Under the pieces are notes generated by a model. It saw only the letters and a program-made list of their open reading frames with translations. It ran no database searches and was not told the DNA's origin. Shown piece by piece: positions 30,414 through 44,670 of a DNA stretch of 64,000 nucleotides. The position numbers and the translations under genes are program-made. Source of the stretch: Eledone cirrhosa (lineage: Eukaryota); the NCBI GenBank assembly GCA_964016885.1, contig OZ024745.1, forward strand, positions 132,990,001 through 133,054,000. The letters are read 5' to 3'. How positions within the stretch are numbered: position 1 is the stretch's first letter; every line of letters begins with the position of its first letter.

Positions 30414-30580
30414 GTAGAGGGTCGGACGCCATGCTTTCCAGCATAGTTACGTCCCTCTACGATCTGAGTTCAAATCCCGCCGAGGTTGACTTTGCCTTTC
30501 ATCCTTACGGGGTCGATAAAATAAAGTACCAGTAATGCACTGGATAATTGCTGGCCTTGTGCCTAAAGTAGAAACAATTA
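30414..30580 (+). mobile_element. SINE family 1, 5'-truncated, inserted in the right pLTR with a target-site duplication
   Basis: ATTATATGATTACGCAAGCAGCG occurs at 30391-30413 and 30577-30599; the left arm has the empty site. Confidence 0.93.
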
Positions 30581-30796
30581 TATGATTACGCAAGCAGCGA
30601 TACATAGGTATTCGGTCTGTTACAGAAACATATGTCAATACCTAATAAATTCCTTTTTTAACAAAAGCACTTTCATTTTATATTCATCCTTTCTACATTT
30701 CTCCGGAATATAATTTATACTCGTTGAGCAAACCTGCACGTACGCTGTTCATCTCTAACGTAACGATATATTATCACTACATTATTGATAACCTGA

Positions 30797-30839
<43 letters not shown>

Positions 30840-33019
30840 CATTGTAACGTCCAGTTACTGTAAGTTCACCAGTGTGAACACTCGCTTCTGACATTAACAT
30901 AACAGAGATCTGACGAGCTTTTGATTCTAGAGACGTCACTAGTCAATAAACATAATGTAAACAACAAAACATCCTTAAAATAGATGTTGTTGCTTACATT
31001 GTGTTTCATTGTATTTTGTATCTTAACTGTTGGGAGATTATAGTCTTTTATACTAATTAACAGAATGTAGTAAGCTCTGGAATCTGAATTGAACTACAAT
31101 GCTTTTTAATCCACAAATATAGCCACAAATCCAATGACTGAAACTAGCTGAAGGAAATCCCGACTTGCCAGAGAGAGAGCACCAGAAACCCTTTAATATG
31201 TGTAATATTATGTTGAGTTTTCTGCTGCTACGATTACACCACCATGAACTCTGCAGTTTCAGTACTTGATAATATCATTACCTTTCTTATTGTGTTTAGA
31301 TTAGTTAATGAGATATCAAAAACCGACTTTTCAAACTTATTCGTCAAACGTCTGTAAGGTAGGATATGTAATCTCATCCCAAACGTACACAGATGATGCA
31401 TACAGATACAGAAAACTGTTGATACAATTACCAAATTTATATTCATGTTTCAATTCAGGCATATATGGTTAAAGTCTGCTACGTCATACTATGGCATAAT
31501 GTATTTATCTGATGTCTACACACTAGCATATTGTTAACGATAGATGTTTCTTACTAATTTTCAAACAGCTTATTTTGTTTAATATACATATCAAATGCAT
31601 TTAGTAAATTGTACTTAATTTATATCGATTGTGATATCACAAATCTATTATTTGATACTAATATTGCAACTAACGAATAACGAACGTCAACGATACAACA
31701 GTCATTCAGACAAAAAACTTATTTTTTTTTTAGTAAGGAGGACATCAGTGAATCATATTTGTTTTTATTTGCCCCGCAGACAAATTGTTTTGTTCATGAT
31801 TTTCGTTGTTGTTCTCCGAAACAAATTTAAATATTTTATTGCAAAATTCCTATCTTTCCCAAGAATATCCGGTTTTAATTATTAACTAATAAACGATAAT
31901 GAATCTCCTTGTGGCCTCCAGGCTTGTGTAGCTGTAAATATCTGCAGTGATAACGTCAAATATTACATGTTTAATGTCTAGTTACAAGCATATTGTAAAC
32001 GTTTGTTTCATTGTGTTTTCGAAAGGAAATTCCGGGAACTGGAGAAACAGAACGTGCAGTAAATGGAAACAATTATATTTTATTCATGAAACATAAAGGA
32101 AAATACAAAACAATGTTAATAAATTCTACAAAAGTTTGAAAAATAAGTTAGCATAATCAGATAGTTGTTTGTGTTAATATAATCATGCAGATAAAATTGT
32201 TTAGAGAATGCGTTATCTGAAATATTCATTCTTCACGTAATTATGCATACGAAGAAACTTTGAGCAAAATATCTAAACATTTTATAATAATTTGTTCCAT
32301 TTTTAATTCCTCGGATTATTTATAATTAATTCTAGTAAGACGAAAGGCAATAAAAAATGGAATATACCTGTTATGGAGTAAATTAATTACTCTAAAAATA
32401 ATTTTTAAAATGCCTTAGAATTTCACCAATTGATTTTAACATTCAGAATTTATCCCCACGTTTCTATCAATTCTTTAATTATATTTAATATATATGTGAT
32501 ACATACTACCCTTTCGGATTAGGTGCAATATAGGGAGAAAATACCTGGGAAAACATTTGTGATGAAATACATAGTATTTCTATATTTATTGTGTGATATG
32601 ATCAATTATTGTAGAGTTATATAGGATTATAGTTGATTCAAACTTATTGGAAACCAATGTCACTCTGAATTTTTCCATTGACTTGACTACATGATTCTAT
32701 TATAATCAAGCACGATAGACCTTAAATGTTTGTTTCTCTGCTGCAAGTGAGAGCTGGTAAAGGGGAGGCCATGTCAAGCAACTGAAAATGTAATCTAGTT
32801 TAATGAATTTACACTTCCCATACCAAGATATCTATTCAATCAATCCCAAATGATTTTTTCGTAACTCTTATGTTATATAGGATGACAATGACTTCCCAAC
32901 ATGTATTTTCTGTAGTTAAACATATACATAGTAGAATCGGGTTTAATTTGGTGGCTATCATATCCTCTGACTTAGTGATGTTAATATTTTTGTGAAGATG
33001 TGCCGTGCAGGTACTGCCA

Positions 33020-33224
<205 letters not shown>

Positions 33225-33227
<3 letters not shown>

Positions 33228-33450
33228 TTTTGCGAGGTTTTTTATATGAAATCGTGTGTCGAAACAAATATTGTTATACTTGGGGAGGGTCATATTTGTG
33301 TAATATTGCCAGAATTAATAACAGAACACACTCACTGTTTGGTTGGTTTTTGCTTTTCGCTTCTGTGTCTTTTATATCGGTAATCTAATTTTATCGGTCC
33401 TCAATGTTGCCATTGACTGACCAACGGTCAAAAATAATACAGATACAATA
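33225..33450 (+). repeat. Dispersed repeat family G (other copies 45690-45790 +, 45915-46082 -, 40900-41073 -, 61895-61942 -)
   Basis: Shared TTATACT(T)GGGG...(TA)TTGCCA core, with the longer copies also sharing CTGTTTGGTTGGTTT...CTTTTATATC. Always abuts a microsatellite. Confidence 0.75.
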
Positions 33451-33789
33451 TAGACACAAACACATATATATAGTTTATCATAAATCTTTCGTTGCACATC
33501 TGCAACACCGTCAGTGGTGCTATTGTTTCCTCCCGTTGCAGTGTATGTCTACGCCATTTTTATTTAGTCTGTCTATATATTTATTTATTTATTTGCTTCT
33601 TTGTTTATTTTATTTTGTCTTCTTTGCGCATGCGTTTGCGTGTGTGTATAGTGTTTTGTTTGATGTGTGTTCGTGATTGGGTGACTAGTGTGTGTTTATG
33701 TGTTTGTTGTTATTGTGCTTGTGTATGTATTTATTTATTTATCTATTTATTTACTTATTTATACTTCTCTTAGGTCAGTGTTGTTTGTT

Positions 33790-34860
33790 TGGGTGTTGTT
33801 GTTATTCCATTCATTCTTTCTGTTTAGTCTTGGCCTTCTAAGTTCTATTTCACTGGCCTCTCTGATTTGCCTATCTGCTGGGTCATTTCTATGTTTAGAT
33901 ATTATTCTAAATTCTATGTTGTCTATGTTACCGTCATGTTGTTGTCTGGCATGTTCGTATAGTACTGACCCGTTTTTTCGTCCTTTTAGTTCCCCCCCCA
34001 GTGTTGGTTTATCCTTTACCTATGCTACGAGCTGTCTCACCTATGTATGTTGTTGTCATGTTTCTGCAAGTACCCTCTCTACATCTTATGCTATAGACTA
34101 CGTTTCTAGTTTTACAGTTTATCTGGGGGTTTACCTTACATATGATACATTTCCTATTGGTACAGTGGGTTTTCTTAAAAGGGTAGGTTTTGCTGATCAA
34201 GGATTTTATGGTGGTTCCTGGCTTTTCTACCACCTTAATTTTTAAGTGGGTCTTTCTCAGGGCCTTTCTACACTGGTTAGCTAATTTCCCTCCAGGGGTA
34301 GCGTCCACAAACATGACACTCTGGTATCTCTGGTTGTCGTACCATGAGGTGGCTTTCCCTATCTTATGTCTAGCCCTATCAAAGCTATTCCATGATTTGC
34401 TCCTGTATAATGGGCAAATTCCTTTCATGTCCAGTTCTATGAGGGTCTTATACTTCTCCATGGCTCCTTCGTATACTCTGACTCTGTCTCTTTGGTTGTA
34501 GCCAGAGAACTGTATGCGGTTGATGAAGTGTTGGATGTGTCTTTCCATTTCTGTTGGGTCGCACATGCGGGACACATTCTTCATCACTCGTACCAAATCT
34601 GCGATCAGAATATTAAACTTAGCACTACTGGACATAGCTGAGTTTTTGAGTATCAGGTATTTGGAGGCCATGGGTTTAGCATAGTGTGAGTGGAGAGTTT
34701 GGGCTCTCTCGTCTATAGTGTTAATCCAGAGTTCCGTGTCTAATACAGGTAGTCGATTGTTAGGGTGGTTGGACGGGAAGTCGATAGTTACAGTTATACT
34801 CTGGTGTATGGAATTAGCTATCTGCTGGATGCTTTCCATTGTGCTACGTTCTAAATCAAA
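33790..34860 (-). pseudogene. PLE remnant (RT C-terminus/thumb + GIY-YIG) from a different family than the plus-strand elements
   Basis: LPVLD, HYAKPMAS, SGY, C..C..C..C linker, VVYSIRC...TYIGETARS. Continues after a frameshift with EHARQQH...RQIREA..I..RPRLNRKNEW. Confidence 0.88.
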
Positions 34861-35119
34861 CTTGTTAGTGCTCTCTAGTGGGGATGTTCTTATAACTATA
34901 TTGATATCAATATAGTTATAGGAACATCCCCTTTAATTTACCGATACGTGGGCCATCGACATCGAGGATATATATACATCTATATATGTATGTATATATG
35001 AATGAATAGATACAGATACACACAAATATAAAATATATATATATATATATATAATAGTACAGCACCGTGGGGTTATATCCGTAGTAGTAGAGCACTCAGT
35101 CAATGAGACGAGTTTGATA

Positions 35120-36673
35120 GAAGTAGTTCCACAATATTTGTCGGCTTATTAACCCTACGAAGTCCGATTTAGGTAGACTTAGTAAAAGAATTCTTGATAG
35201 AATTATACCTGAAATTAGAAGTTTGGCCCCTCTTGGACTGTGGAACAATTCTTTCGCGGTGATTGATTGGTTCAACGGCATATGCAACAAGGCACATTGC
35301 CGTTTTATCCAATTCGACATCAACAATTACTACTCCTCCATCACTTTACCACTTCTCCTTAGAGCTATCAATTTCGCTAAAACACTCACAGTGGTTAAGG
35401 ATTTCGAAGTTGATGTCATCCTCAATGCCCGTAAGTCGGTAATTAATTTCGACGACTCTATTTGGATTAAAAAATCTAATAGTACCCCATTCGACGTTAG
35501 TATGGGCGCCAGCGATTCTGTGGAGGTTACTGATCTCATCGGCCTTTTCCTTCTTTTCTCTATCAAGGAAGAATTCCCCAACGTGGGCGGTGGTTTGTAC
35601 CGTGATGATTGTATTTTGACCATGACTAATTGCGGCCCACGTGCTTGCGACAGGTTCAGAAAAGAACTCACAGCCTTCTTTAAATCCTTCAACCGCTCCA
35701 TACAGGTTGAGGCCAACCTCTCGGTCGTTAATTACCTCGACGTTACCCTCAATTTATCGAATGGCTTGCATTACCCGTATAGAAATCCGAATGATACGCT
35801 TAATTATATAAGTAAGCATTCTAACCATCCTGCCAGCATAACCAAGAACCTTGTAAGAAACGTTTCTTTGAGGCTTTCCCGTCTATCTACTAATGAGCAA
35901 ATTTTCAACGACCATTCCACATATTACAATGAAGCTCTTGCTCGGAGTGGATTTGTCGATAATGTAGCATATACAGAGTACGAGAATAGAACTAGAAGAG
36001 ATAGATCCCGACGCATTAGGTGGTATAAACCACCATATAATATGGAGGTGGTCACACCATTAGCTGAGATCTTTCTCTCCCTTATTATGAAGCATTTTCC
36101 CCCTAGACATAAATATAGTAAAATTTTAATTTCTTGCTCTACGACTCCTAACCTTGTAAATAACATCACAGCTTCAAATTTAGCTACACTACCTAGCCGT
36201 AGGAACTCGTGCAACCCTGTAGTTAGTACTAACTGTAATTGTAGGAATAGGCTTCACTGCCCCCTATCCGGGAAATGCCTCTCTAGTAACATTGTCTACA
36301 AATGTAAGGTTGAAACACCCACGTCCGTAGGGACTACATAGGGTTAACCGCCAATAGGTTCAAGCAGCGTCTTTACATGCATACCCATTCTTTTCGTTAC
36401 CCTTTAAGAAGGAATATGACCTCACTTTCAGCTTATATCTCGAGTCTAAAAGACAACCACACCCAATATAAGTTACACTGGGAGATCCTAGTTAGGGCTA
36501 GATCGTATAACGGAAATAAAAGACCATGTGACCTCTGCGCCGCCGAAGCCCTGGAAATACTCTACGCCAAAGACCACATCCTAAACAAAAAATCTGAGGC
36601 AATTTCGGCTTATAAACATAAATTTCACAAATCTTTCCTGTATTACAGCCCCACATTATACCCTAACGGATAG
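35120..36673 (+). pseudogene. PLE RT + GIY-YIG, 5'-truncated, disrupted; paralogous to 27630-29868
   Basis: CRLINPTKSDLG, QFDINNYY, MGASDS, GLYRDD, YLDVTL, SNHP, CNCRNRLHCPLSGKC, IVYKC, (YIG after a frameshift), CDLCAAE, LNKKSE. Confidence 0.9.
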
Positions 36674-37359
36674 TACGAACTATACGCGGATATGTTACGT
36701 ATTGATGTTGTAGCTAATTATATGTTATGTTTATACCATTACTTATGTGTATAGGTAAGTATATATTACCAGTATGTTTTGTGAAGGTACGTATACTTTC
36801 TCGTACGTATATTTGATTGTATATGTTATGGCGTATATATTATATAATATATATTCTGGTACATATGGTTTTGGTTATGTGTATACGTGTGTTTTGCGTC
36901 TGTATGAGTATGCGGGTTCGTACGTATGTAGGGTGGGTGTATATGTGTACTTCCTATTTTGGTTGACGTACGTCTCCGAACATATGTGTATTTACATGTA
37001 GGTATGTGTATGCGCTTGTAATATACGTAGTTATTTATTTATATACGTTTATTTAATTATATGTATACATGCGCACACACATATATATATATATATTTAT
37101 ATATATATGTTTATGTGTATTTGGTGTATACATACGTATGCGTGCGGGTACAGGCGTTGCGTGGGTTATGTATGTGCGTGCGGGTTTGTTTATTTTTTGT
37201 GTGTACGTGCGTGTATTTGTATACCTATGGCGAGTGTTTTCGCGTATGCTTGTGTATGTACGTATATGGATGCGTGTATGTATTTATTTAATTTCTATTA
37301 CCTCTGTATTGTATTTTATTTACTTTATTCTTAACTCTGAAGCCGAGAAACATTCTGTT

Positions 37360-37643
37360 ACCTAGTTAGAATGTTAGTCTACCACTTCAGTTATACCATT
37401 TACGTGGTTTTCTCTTTGTGTGCAATTGTTCTCTATGCTCCACACATGACGTATTATCTTCGTTTTTTCTGTTCATTTCCAGAGAACGTCTCTATGAACC
37501 ACCTAAGAGAACATTAGTCTACGGCCTCTTTTATACCATAAACGTGGTTCTGTCTTTGCGTGTAATTATTTTTCACCGCTCCAAATAATAACGTATTATA
37601 TTCGTTTTTTCCCGTTCTTTACCTGGGAACGTTTCCACGAACC
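37360..37643 (+). repeat. Diverged ~140-bp tandem duplication in the PLE 3' trailer
   Basis: Both halves share ACCTA..AGAA..TTAGTCTAC...TTATACCAT..ACGTGGTT...GCTCCA...ACGTATTAT.TTCGTTTTTT...GAACGT..C.A.GAACC. Confidence 0.75.
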
Positions 37644-37722
37644 AAAGTATCGTCTTCCTGTCTTCCTCCGATGGCAACGTTTTTTTAAATATTCACTTCT
37701 GCGTTCACAGATAGACTTTGTT

Positions 37723-37773
37723 AGTTTCAGAAGATCCCATTAAGGGTGAAAGCGACGATTCTTTGCTTAAACT
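37723..37773 (+). ncRNA. Type-I hammerhead-like motif, family C (core variant CAGAAGA), in the PLE 3' trailer
   Basis: Stem I AGTTT/AAACT; CAGAAGA; stem II CCC/GGG; GAAA; stem III GC/GC; CUU site. Confidence 0.6.
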
Positions 37774-37883
37774 TTAATCTGTTATTTTAATAAATATTTG
37801 CTCTGCGGTTCTTATATATTTGATATATATTTATCCATATCGAGCCCTCTTTGGATTTTAGTCTTCAAATGTATTATTATTAC

Positions 37884-38331
<448 letters not shown>

Positions 38332-40195
38332 AGATATATTTAAATGCATGAATATATGAGTCTGTAAACGTATGTCTCAATTTATGTAGAAAATTGCTTA
38401 AAGTCTTTTGTTCCATCAAAAACCAAAATCTTCAGACCTTCAATTTCTATCTAAGTATAAATTGGTACGTCAGTGAATTATGGTAAAAAATGTTTTCTTT
38501 AAGCTAATGCTAACGTTGTGCGGTGGCGATTTTTGCTCTAATACACATTTAGATGGAAAGTCAACATTAATGGAAATTGATGACTGGTATAAATCAATAT
38601 ATTCCCCTTACAGTACTAAATTTACTGTCTTCAGTAAATACTGTACTAAACTGCAGATATATAAAGAGATAACAAAAAAAACGTTATATATGAGAATATT
38701 GTTAGCTGCAAGTAAAATATATTGTGCAACAGCCATTCTCTATTTCATTTAATCGTTTATTATTTTTTTAATGTATTTCAGTGAATCTACTACTGTATAT
38801 TTATTGGCAACCAATATGCTGAGTTATGGTGGCTTTTTTCTGCAATTAATGCATTTCTTTCTTTTGTATTTTCGTGTTTCGTTATTTTCCCTTGGCATGT
38901 GAGAGAACTTGATGTAGTGTCTAACTATATCTATTAACGATTTACTTAAATATAAAATATAGTTTCCAGATATGCATAACATTCGTAATTCTATAGGAAA
39001 CAAACTTTTACTGCGTAATTTTTCTTTAAAATATTTAAATGATTAGGTGTAAATAAGAGCCACAATAATTTTCTTTTCGACTGAAATAATCGTTTCAAAG
39101 CTCAACAGAACCAATATTTCCTACCATATCCTAACTTACTTATTCAATTTAACAGCACAAACATGAAACTTTAAACATGATAAACGTTAAACTTTATTTG
39201 GAATTTTACTTTGAAAGCAGTAACTAGAAATTACAAATATAACAGTAAATATTAGTACTTCAGGCGATGCTGAGCTCAGTTCAATGATAGAGACCAGAGG
39301 AGCAATATAGTAGATTCCCTAGGGGGCGGTGACACCTTAAATAATGGTGATATAGTTATGTCGAATGAAAACCTCTGTTTATAATAAACTATGCAACATG
39401 CGTAAGATATACATCGTCTAAGGTTTGTTATGTACAATCTATTTTATATAACGTCCATGTATAATTTCTTTATATTATACTTGTAACAGTGCATCAGATA
39501 TGTTGGGTATATCAGGAATTGTATGACAATGTTTATAACATTTGTTTTTCAATGATTAGTAAAAGTATAATGACTTCATTAGTCATTACTTATCACCAAC
39601 TAACGTTGCCATGAGAACTACTGTCGAATGAGGGACAGGCCAAGGCAATGGGGATCATTATGCATACATATATATGGAGACCGTAACTAGAAATTTAAAC
39701 AAAACGTTTGTTTTAAGAAGCACTGAGAGAATTTGAAGTTTGAAATGCTTAAGTTCCAACACAAACGACCATAATAAGTGACGAACACTATAATTAATAG
39801 TCACGGTAATCAAGTTTAGGGACAACTGCAAGGGTTGAAAATCTACATGCACCAGATGTCTGGAAAATAACTAAACTAACAGAGATAGAAAGTCTATAGC
39901 CTGTGCAGGGGTTGAAGCTTGGAACCTAAAACTTTAGGTAGCATGCATATATATATATATGTGTGTGTGTGTGTATGTGTGTGTATGTGGGTGTGGGTGT
40001 GGGTGTGGGTGTGCGTGTGTGTGTGGTAAGTATTTCCGTAGAAAAAGTAAAGGAAAGAAGAGTGCTCTATGCATAGTACAGAGCTATTTCGTCTGAGCCA
40101 TTTCATCAGATGAACGAGCTAGGCGTTTCTGTAAGTATCTCCTAGTTTTCTGAAACCTTTGGAAATGGAATAATTATTTTGTGTTGTTTATTATG

Positions 40196-40330
<135 letters not shown>

Positions 40331-40639
40331 GTTAAACTGAAATAACAACACACTCGGTACAGTATCTGGAAGAAATATATTTGATTAACGCTTGAAATAG
40401 CAGGAAGAGGGTCTTACCGATTCGGACGGTAGTCTATCACCAGAAGAGAGACTGAGAAATTAGAAAGATTGAAAAGACGGAAGGGTGGAGTCGGTAAAAG
40501 TGTTTTTCGAGAAAAATAAAAGTTCCATTAATGTTGCCATCTCTCGGAGTTTCAAGTTGGATTTTGACTGTGAAACTGAATCTACACACGGAGTTATCCT
40601 GAACTTACATATATATATATATAGTTTTAATATAGATGA

Positions 40640-40688
40640 TATTCTACAGGACTAGAACTGTTTCATTCTTTAGAAATCATCAGGAATC
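40640..40688 (-). ncRNA. Type-I hammerhead motif, family B (minus arm)
   Basis: Minus strand reads GATTC-CTGATGA-T-TTC-taaa-GAA-T-GAAA-CAG-ttctagtc-CTG-TA-GAAT. Confidence 0.72.
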
Positions 40689-40693
40689 CTGAC

Positions 40694-40742
40694 GATTCCT
40701 GATGATTTCTAAAAAATGAAACAGTTCTAGTCCTGTAGAATC
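40694..40742 (+). ncRNA. Type-I hammerhead motif, family B (plus arm; stem II has one mismatch)
   Basis: GATTC-CTGATGA-...-GAAA-CAG..CTG-TA-GAATC. Confidence 0.68.
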
Positions 40743-40828
40743 TCATCTATATTAAAACTGTTATACTCTGCTATGTATTGAGTACCTTACCTACTGTGGT
40801 CACCCCCGATTCAACCCGGAATAACTTA

Positions 40829-40900
<72 letters not shown>

Positions 40901-42023
40901 TATATCTGTATTTCTTACCATTGGTCAGTCAGTGGTAAGCATTGATGGCCAAATTAATTAACTATGGAGATATAAAAGATGCAGAAGCGAAAACCAACCA
41001 AACAGTGTGTGTGATCTGTTATTATTTATGGCAATAGTATTACAACAATATAACCCACCCCAAGTATAACAATATATATATATATATATCACGTTACATT
41101 TATCATGTATTCTTAATGTTCAGCAGTGTGAAATACTGCTAGGTTTCCAGTGTATTTATGTCGTTTACTAGTCTTGCAACCATATAATATTATATAAACA
41201 TCTGTCTTCATATTATTTCTTCTATTCTGCTGAAAGCGAAAGAAGAAGTATTGGATGCAATTAACAAGCTTGGGTTTTCTTTCCTACATTTATTTGAGAG
41301 AAAATTAGTTTGCGTTGATTGAAGTATTTTCCTGTCAAACTATTGAAGATAAAAGAATGATGAAAGCTGGAGAAAGCCGAGTATATGACGAAAGGTGTTT
41401 TACTGAGAGATAATATTTCCTACGTTGGAATATTAAAAGCATGTATCTAAATATATTTATAAGAATGCACCTTTCTATAAATCAGAACATCTTTGAATAC
41501 AAACGCGTTTCAAAGTTTGCAAATGTTGTGTGTACTGCATTGATTAGAAAGAGAACAATAGGAACTGATGAGATTCTCAACTATTATAGAAACTCTCTTA
41601 TAAATATACTCATACATTTAATGAGTCTGTATCAATGGAATATCGAAAACAATTGGAAAACCGTTAATGTTCCGAAATTTGCACAAAGCATTGTTCAGAA
41701 TTTCTGATCGGAGGATTCTTTAATTATATTCTTTTATATTGCTTCTTATTTTCGTTTTTGAAAAGCGGACTAGAACTTACTGTTTATGATCAGCAATCAA
41801 CGTGAAATGCTGTATACTAGAAATATACCTGGAGAAGGAATATATAGGTAATTGATTTGTCATATAACGCTCGCACTAAATGCTATTATTTCATTCATCA
41901 CAAAACCGAAACAAATAATAAATTCCAAAATAACATGTCCAATACCTAATGATGCCTGTATAGGTAATATATATGGTGCGTGACACGTTAGAATGTTTAT
42001 TTCGTTCCATTATATACTTTTTA

Positions 42024-42212
42024 TGGCGGTGGATTTGCAGTATCGATAGAGGGTCGGACGCCATGCTTTCCAGCATAGTTACGTCCCTTTACGATCTGAG
42101 TTCAAATCCCACCGAGGTTGACTTTGCCTTTCATCCTTACGGGGTCGATAAAATAAAGTACCAGTAATGCACTGGGTAATTGCTGGCCTTGTGCCTAAAG
42201 TAGAAACAATTA
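42024..42212 (+). mobile_element. SINE family 1, near full length
   Basis: A-box-like head, B-box GAGTTCAAATCCC, and a body nearly identical to the 30414 copy. Confidence 0.9.
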
Positions 42213-43837
42213 TATACTTTATATATTTCATATAGGTACCTATTTGGTTCAAGTGTGTGCTATTCGTAAAAAAAAAGGGAGTGGGAAAATACACGTGCGT
42301 ATCCACTCAGCCAATTTCTAACCAAATTACAAATTATATCTGACAGATCTCCATATCAGATTTAACAAAATTCCAAATAATTTGAATAATATTTTTACTA
42401 TTATCCATTCTCTATGTACACATAATGTAACCACACTCACGTTGTGTAAAATAGAAATGCTGAGCAATTAGCTATTTTAAATTATTTATTTTTCAATAAA
42501 ATTAATGCAGACTGCTGATAATTTAATGACAGCGAAATAATTTAATATTAAGCTATATTTGTGCACTATGTTAAATATTATAGCTGTCTACATTGGTGAT
42601 GGAAATGGCGCTTACATTTATGGATCCGCAATTTAGAATGTATAATAATAAACAAAATTTGAATAGGCTAACATTAGAATGGGATGGATGCTGATGATTA
42701 AAGACACATTAATGATGGGAACAATGCATTTGAGGATCTTATTTCGTATTAACACACATAACTCTAACATTTGCACCGTTAACAAGACTCAAATAGTCTT
42801 TCTACACACGTATTAACAATTCTTCATTTAAAAAAAGCAAACATGGGTCCTTTCGTTTCATTTCACAAATTATATTTCAAGGTTTATTTGCTACGACTTA
42901 AAGTCAATAGGATTCTTATTGCACAAACATTTCATTCAAATATTTTTCAGCAGAAACTCGATATTCTCACTGAACATACCGCGATCGCCCAGATTATCCA
43001 GAGCTGGTTTCATGAAAGTAAACAATTCGAAATAAATACTAGCCAGGGACTGTTGGAATTTCATGTTATGAATGTTTTTATATATATATTTCAACGCACA
43101 AATTTACAACATTTTCTCATCATGGTTGTACAGTTTATTTCCCTTAAAACGTAAGGTGTTCCAACAAGAGTAATACTTACACTTTGTTGTAACTTCATCG
43201 GGTCTAACAATTGGAGTTCCAGTTGTTCGATCAACAGAATAGCGTGACAGTGAGATTAGAGTTCATGTGACTGAGTATCCACCAACAAGTGTACACATAA
43301 GAGGGATAGCATAAGAAAGTGGCTATCAAAGCGGACCATTTGACACATAGCTACAACTCTAACAAAGAGCCACACGAAATGGAATACAGAAACGTCTGTT
43401 CTGGTGTAGGGTAACGCTCCCTGAAAACAATGCCGTCTAAATTTGGAAGATAAATACAACTTCTTTCAATGTAGGCAGCAGTTTATAGAAAATATCACAG
43501 TTTCCAAGTGTTCAGTGGTGAAGAAGTTCAGAGGAAATGTGAAGAAACTCGGGTTTGTCACGATCGCTACATAGAATCTTGTTTACATTCAAAAGCTGTT
43601 AGATATCCCTTCCTGATCTAGCTAGGATATTTTGTTAGGGATGGGATCATTTAGGTCAATGTATAGAGCAGTTACTACCCGAACGATTAGAGGATCGATT
43701 ATTTGTAGTGACCACTGGCCAATTTTCTCCGAATAAAAGGGGTATTTTACCAGAATTTCTGCGCTATTATATATAGCATTATAACTATTATTGCTTACTT
43801 TTACGATTTTAATAACCTTTGTCATTTTCGTTCAACA

Positions 43838-43967
43838 GTGTCGTCTTCCTGTTTTCCTTCGGTTGCAACATTTTTCAAAATATTTACTTATGCGTTCACA
43901 GACTGATTTATTTTTTTTTAGTTTCAGAATATCCCGTTAAGGGTGAAAGCAGCTTAAACTTAATCTA

Positions 43968-43968
<1 letters not shown>
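43838..43968 (+). repeat. Diverged copy of the PLE 3' terminus at 37648-37780, with a degenerate family C hammerhead (43920-43960)
   Basis: Shared CGTCTTCCTGT...TGCGTTCACAGA...TAGTTTCAGAA.ATCCC.TTAAGGGTGAAAGC..GCTTAAACTT. Confidence 0.75.
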
Positions 43969-44021
<53 letters not shown>

Positions 44022-44025
<4 letters not shown>

Positions 44026-44187
44026 AGGTCTGTGTCCTTCATTATTTATAAAAAAATAACTTTTTATGGTTTCCTCTTAAAAAAATTGTTTTTCGTCTTG
44101 TTTTGATTCCATTCGTACTCTTGTCCTTTCTTTGTTAATTTCCTTAAGTTTACTAATGTCACCTACGTGTCCATCTCTTCTCCCCAA

Positions 44188-44236
<49 letters not shown>

Positions 44237-44419
44237 GGAAAAGCTTTAACCCCGACAGCAAAGCTCAAGCCGTTTCGACGGCTATTCTGGACTAAATTAG
44301 AAACGGCTTGAGCTCTGCCGTCGGGGATAAACCTTTTCCCTATTACCCAGTCTACTACCCTAAGTATTGAGTACTCTGGTGCGCTATAGTCCATCTGGTT
44401 CCTTACCACATCTCCTTCG

Positions 44420-44459
<40 letters not shown>

Positions 44460-44670
44460 TAGAAACGGCTTGAGCTCTGCCGTCGGGGTTAAACCTTTTC
44501 CCTATTACCCAGTCTACTACCCTAAGTATTGAGTAGAATACTTAGGGTAGTAGAGTGGGTAATATAGAAAAGGTTTAACCCCGACGGCAGAGCTCAAGCC
44601 GTTTCTAATTTAGTCCAGAATAGCCGTCGAAACGGCTTGAGCTTTGCTGTCGGGGTTAAATCTGTTCCCG

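Larger units (their letters stand above)
40623..40830. mobile_element. Small fold-back element (palindrome 40623-40759 plus 3' extension), family B, in (TA)n
   Basis: About 66-bp inverted arms around CTGAC; homologous to the ends of 57505-58383. Confidence 0.8.

Noticed and set aside
33470-33522. Minus-strand CTGACGG-T-GTTGC..GCAAC-GAAA in the trailer of the 33790-34860 PLE
   Set aside because: Core mismatch, and no stem III or stem I can be formed.
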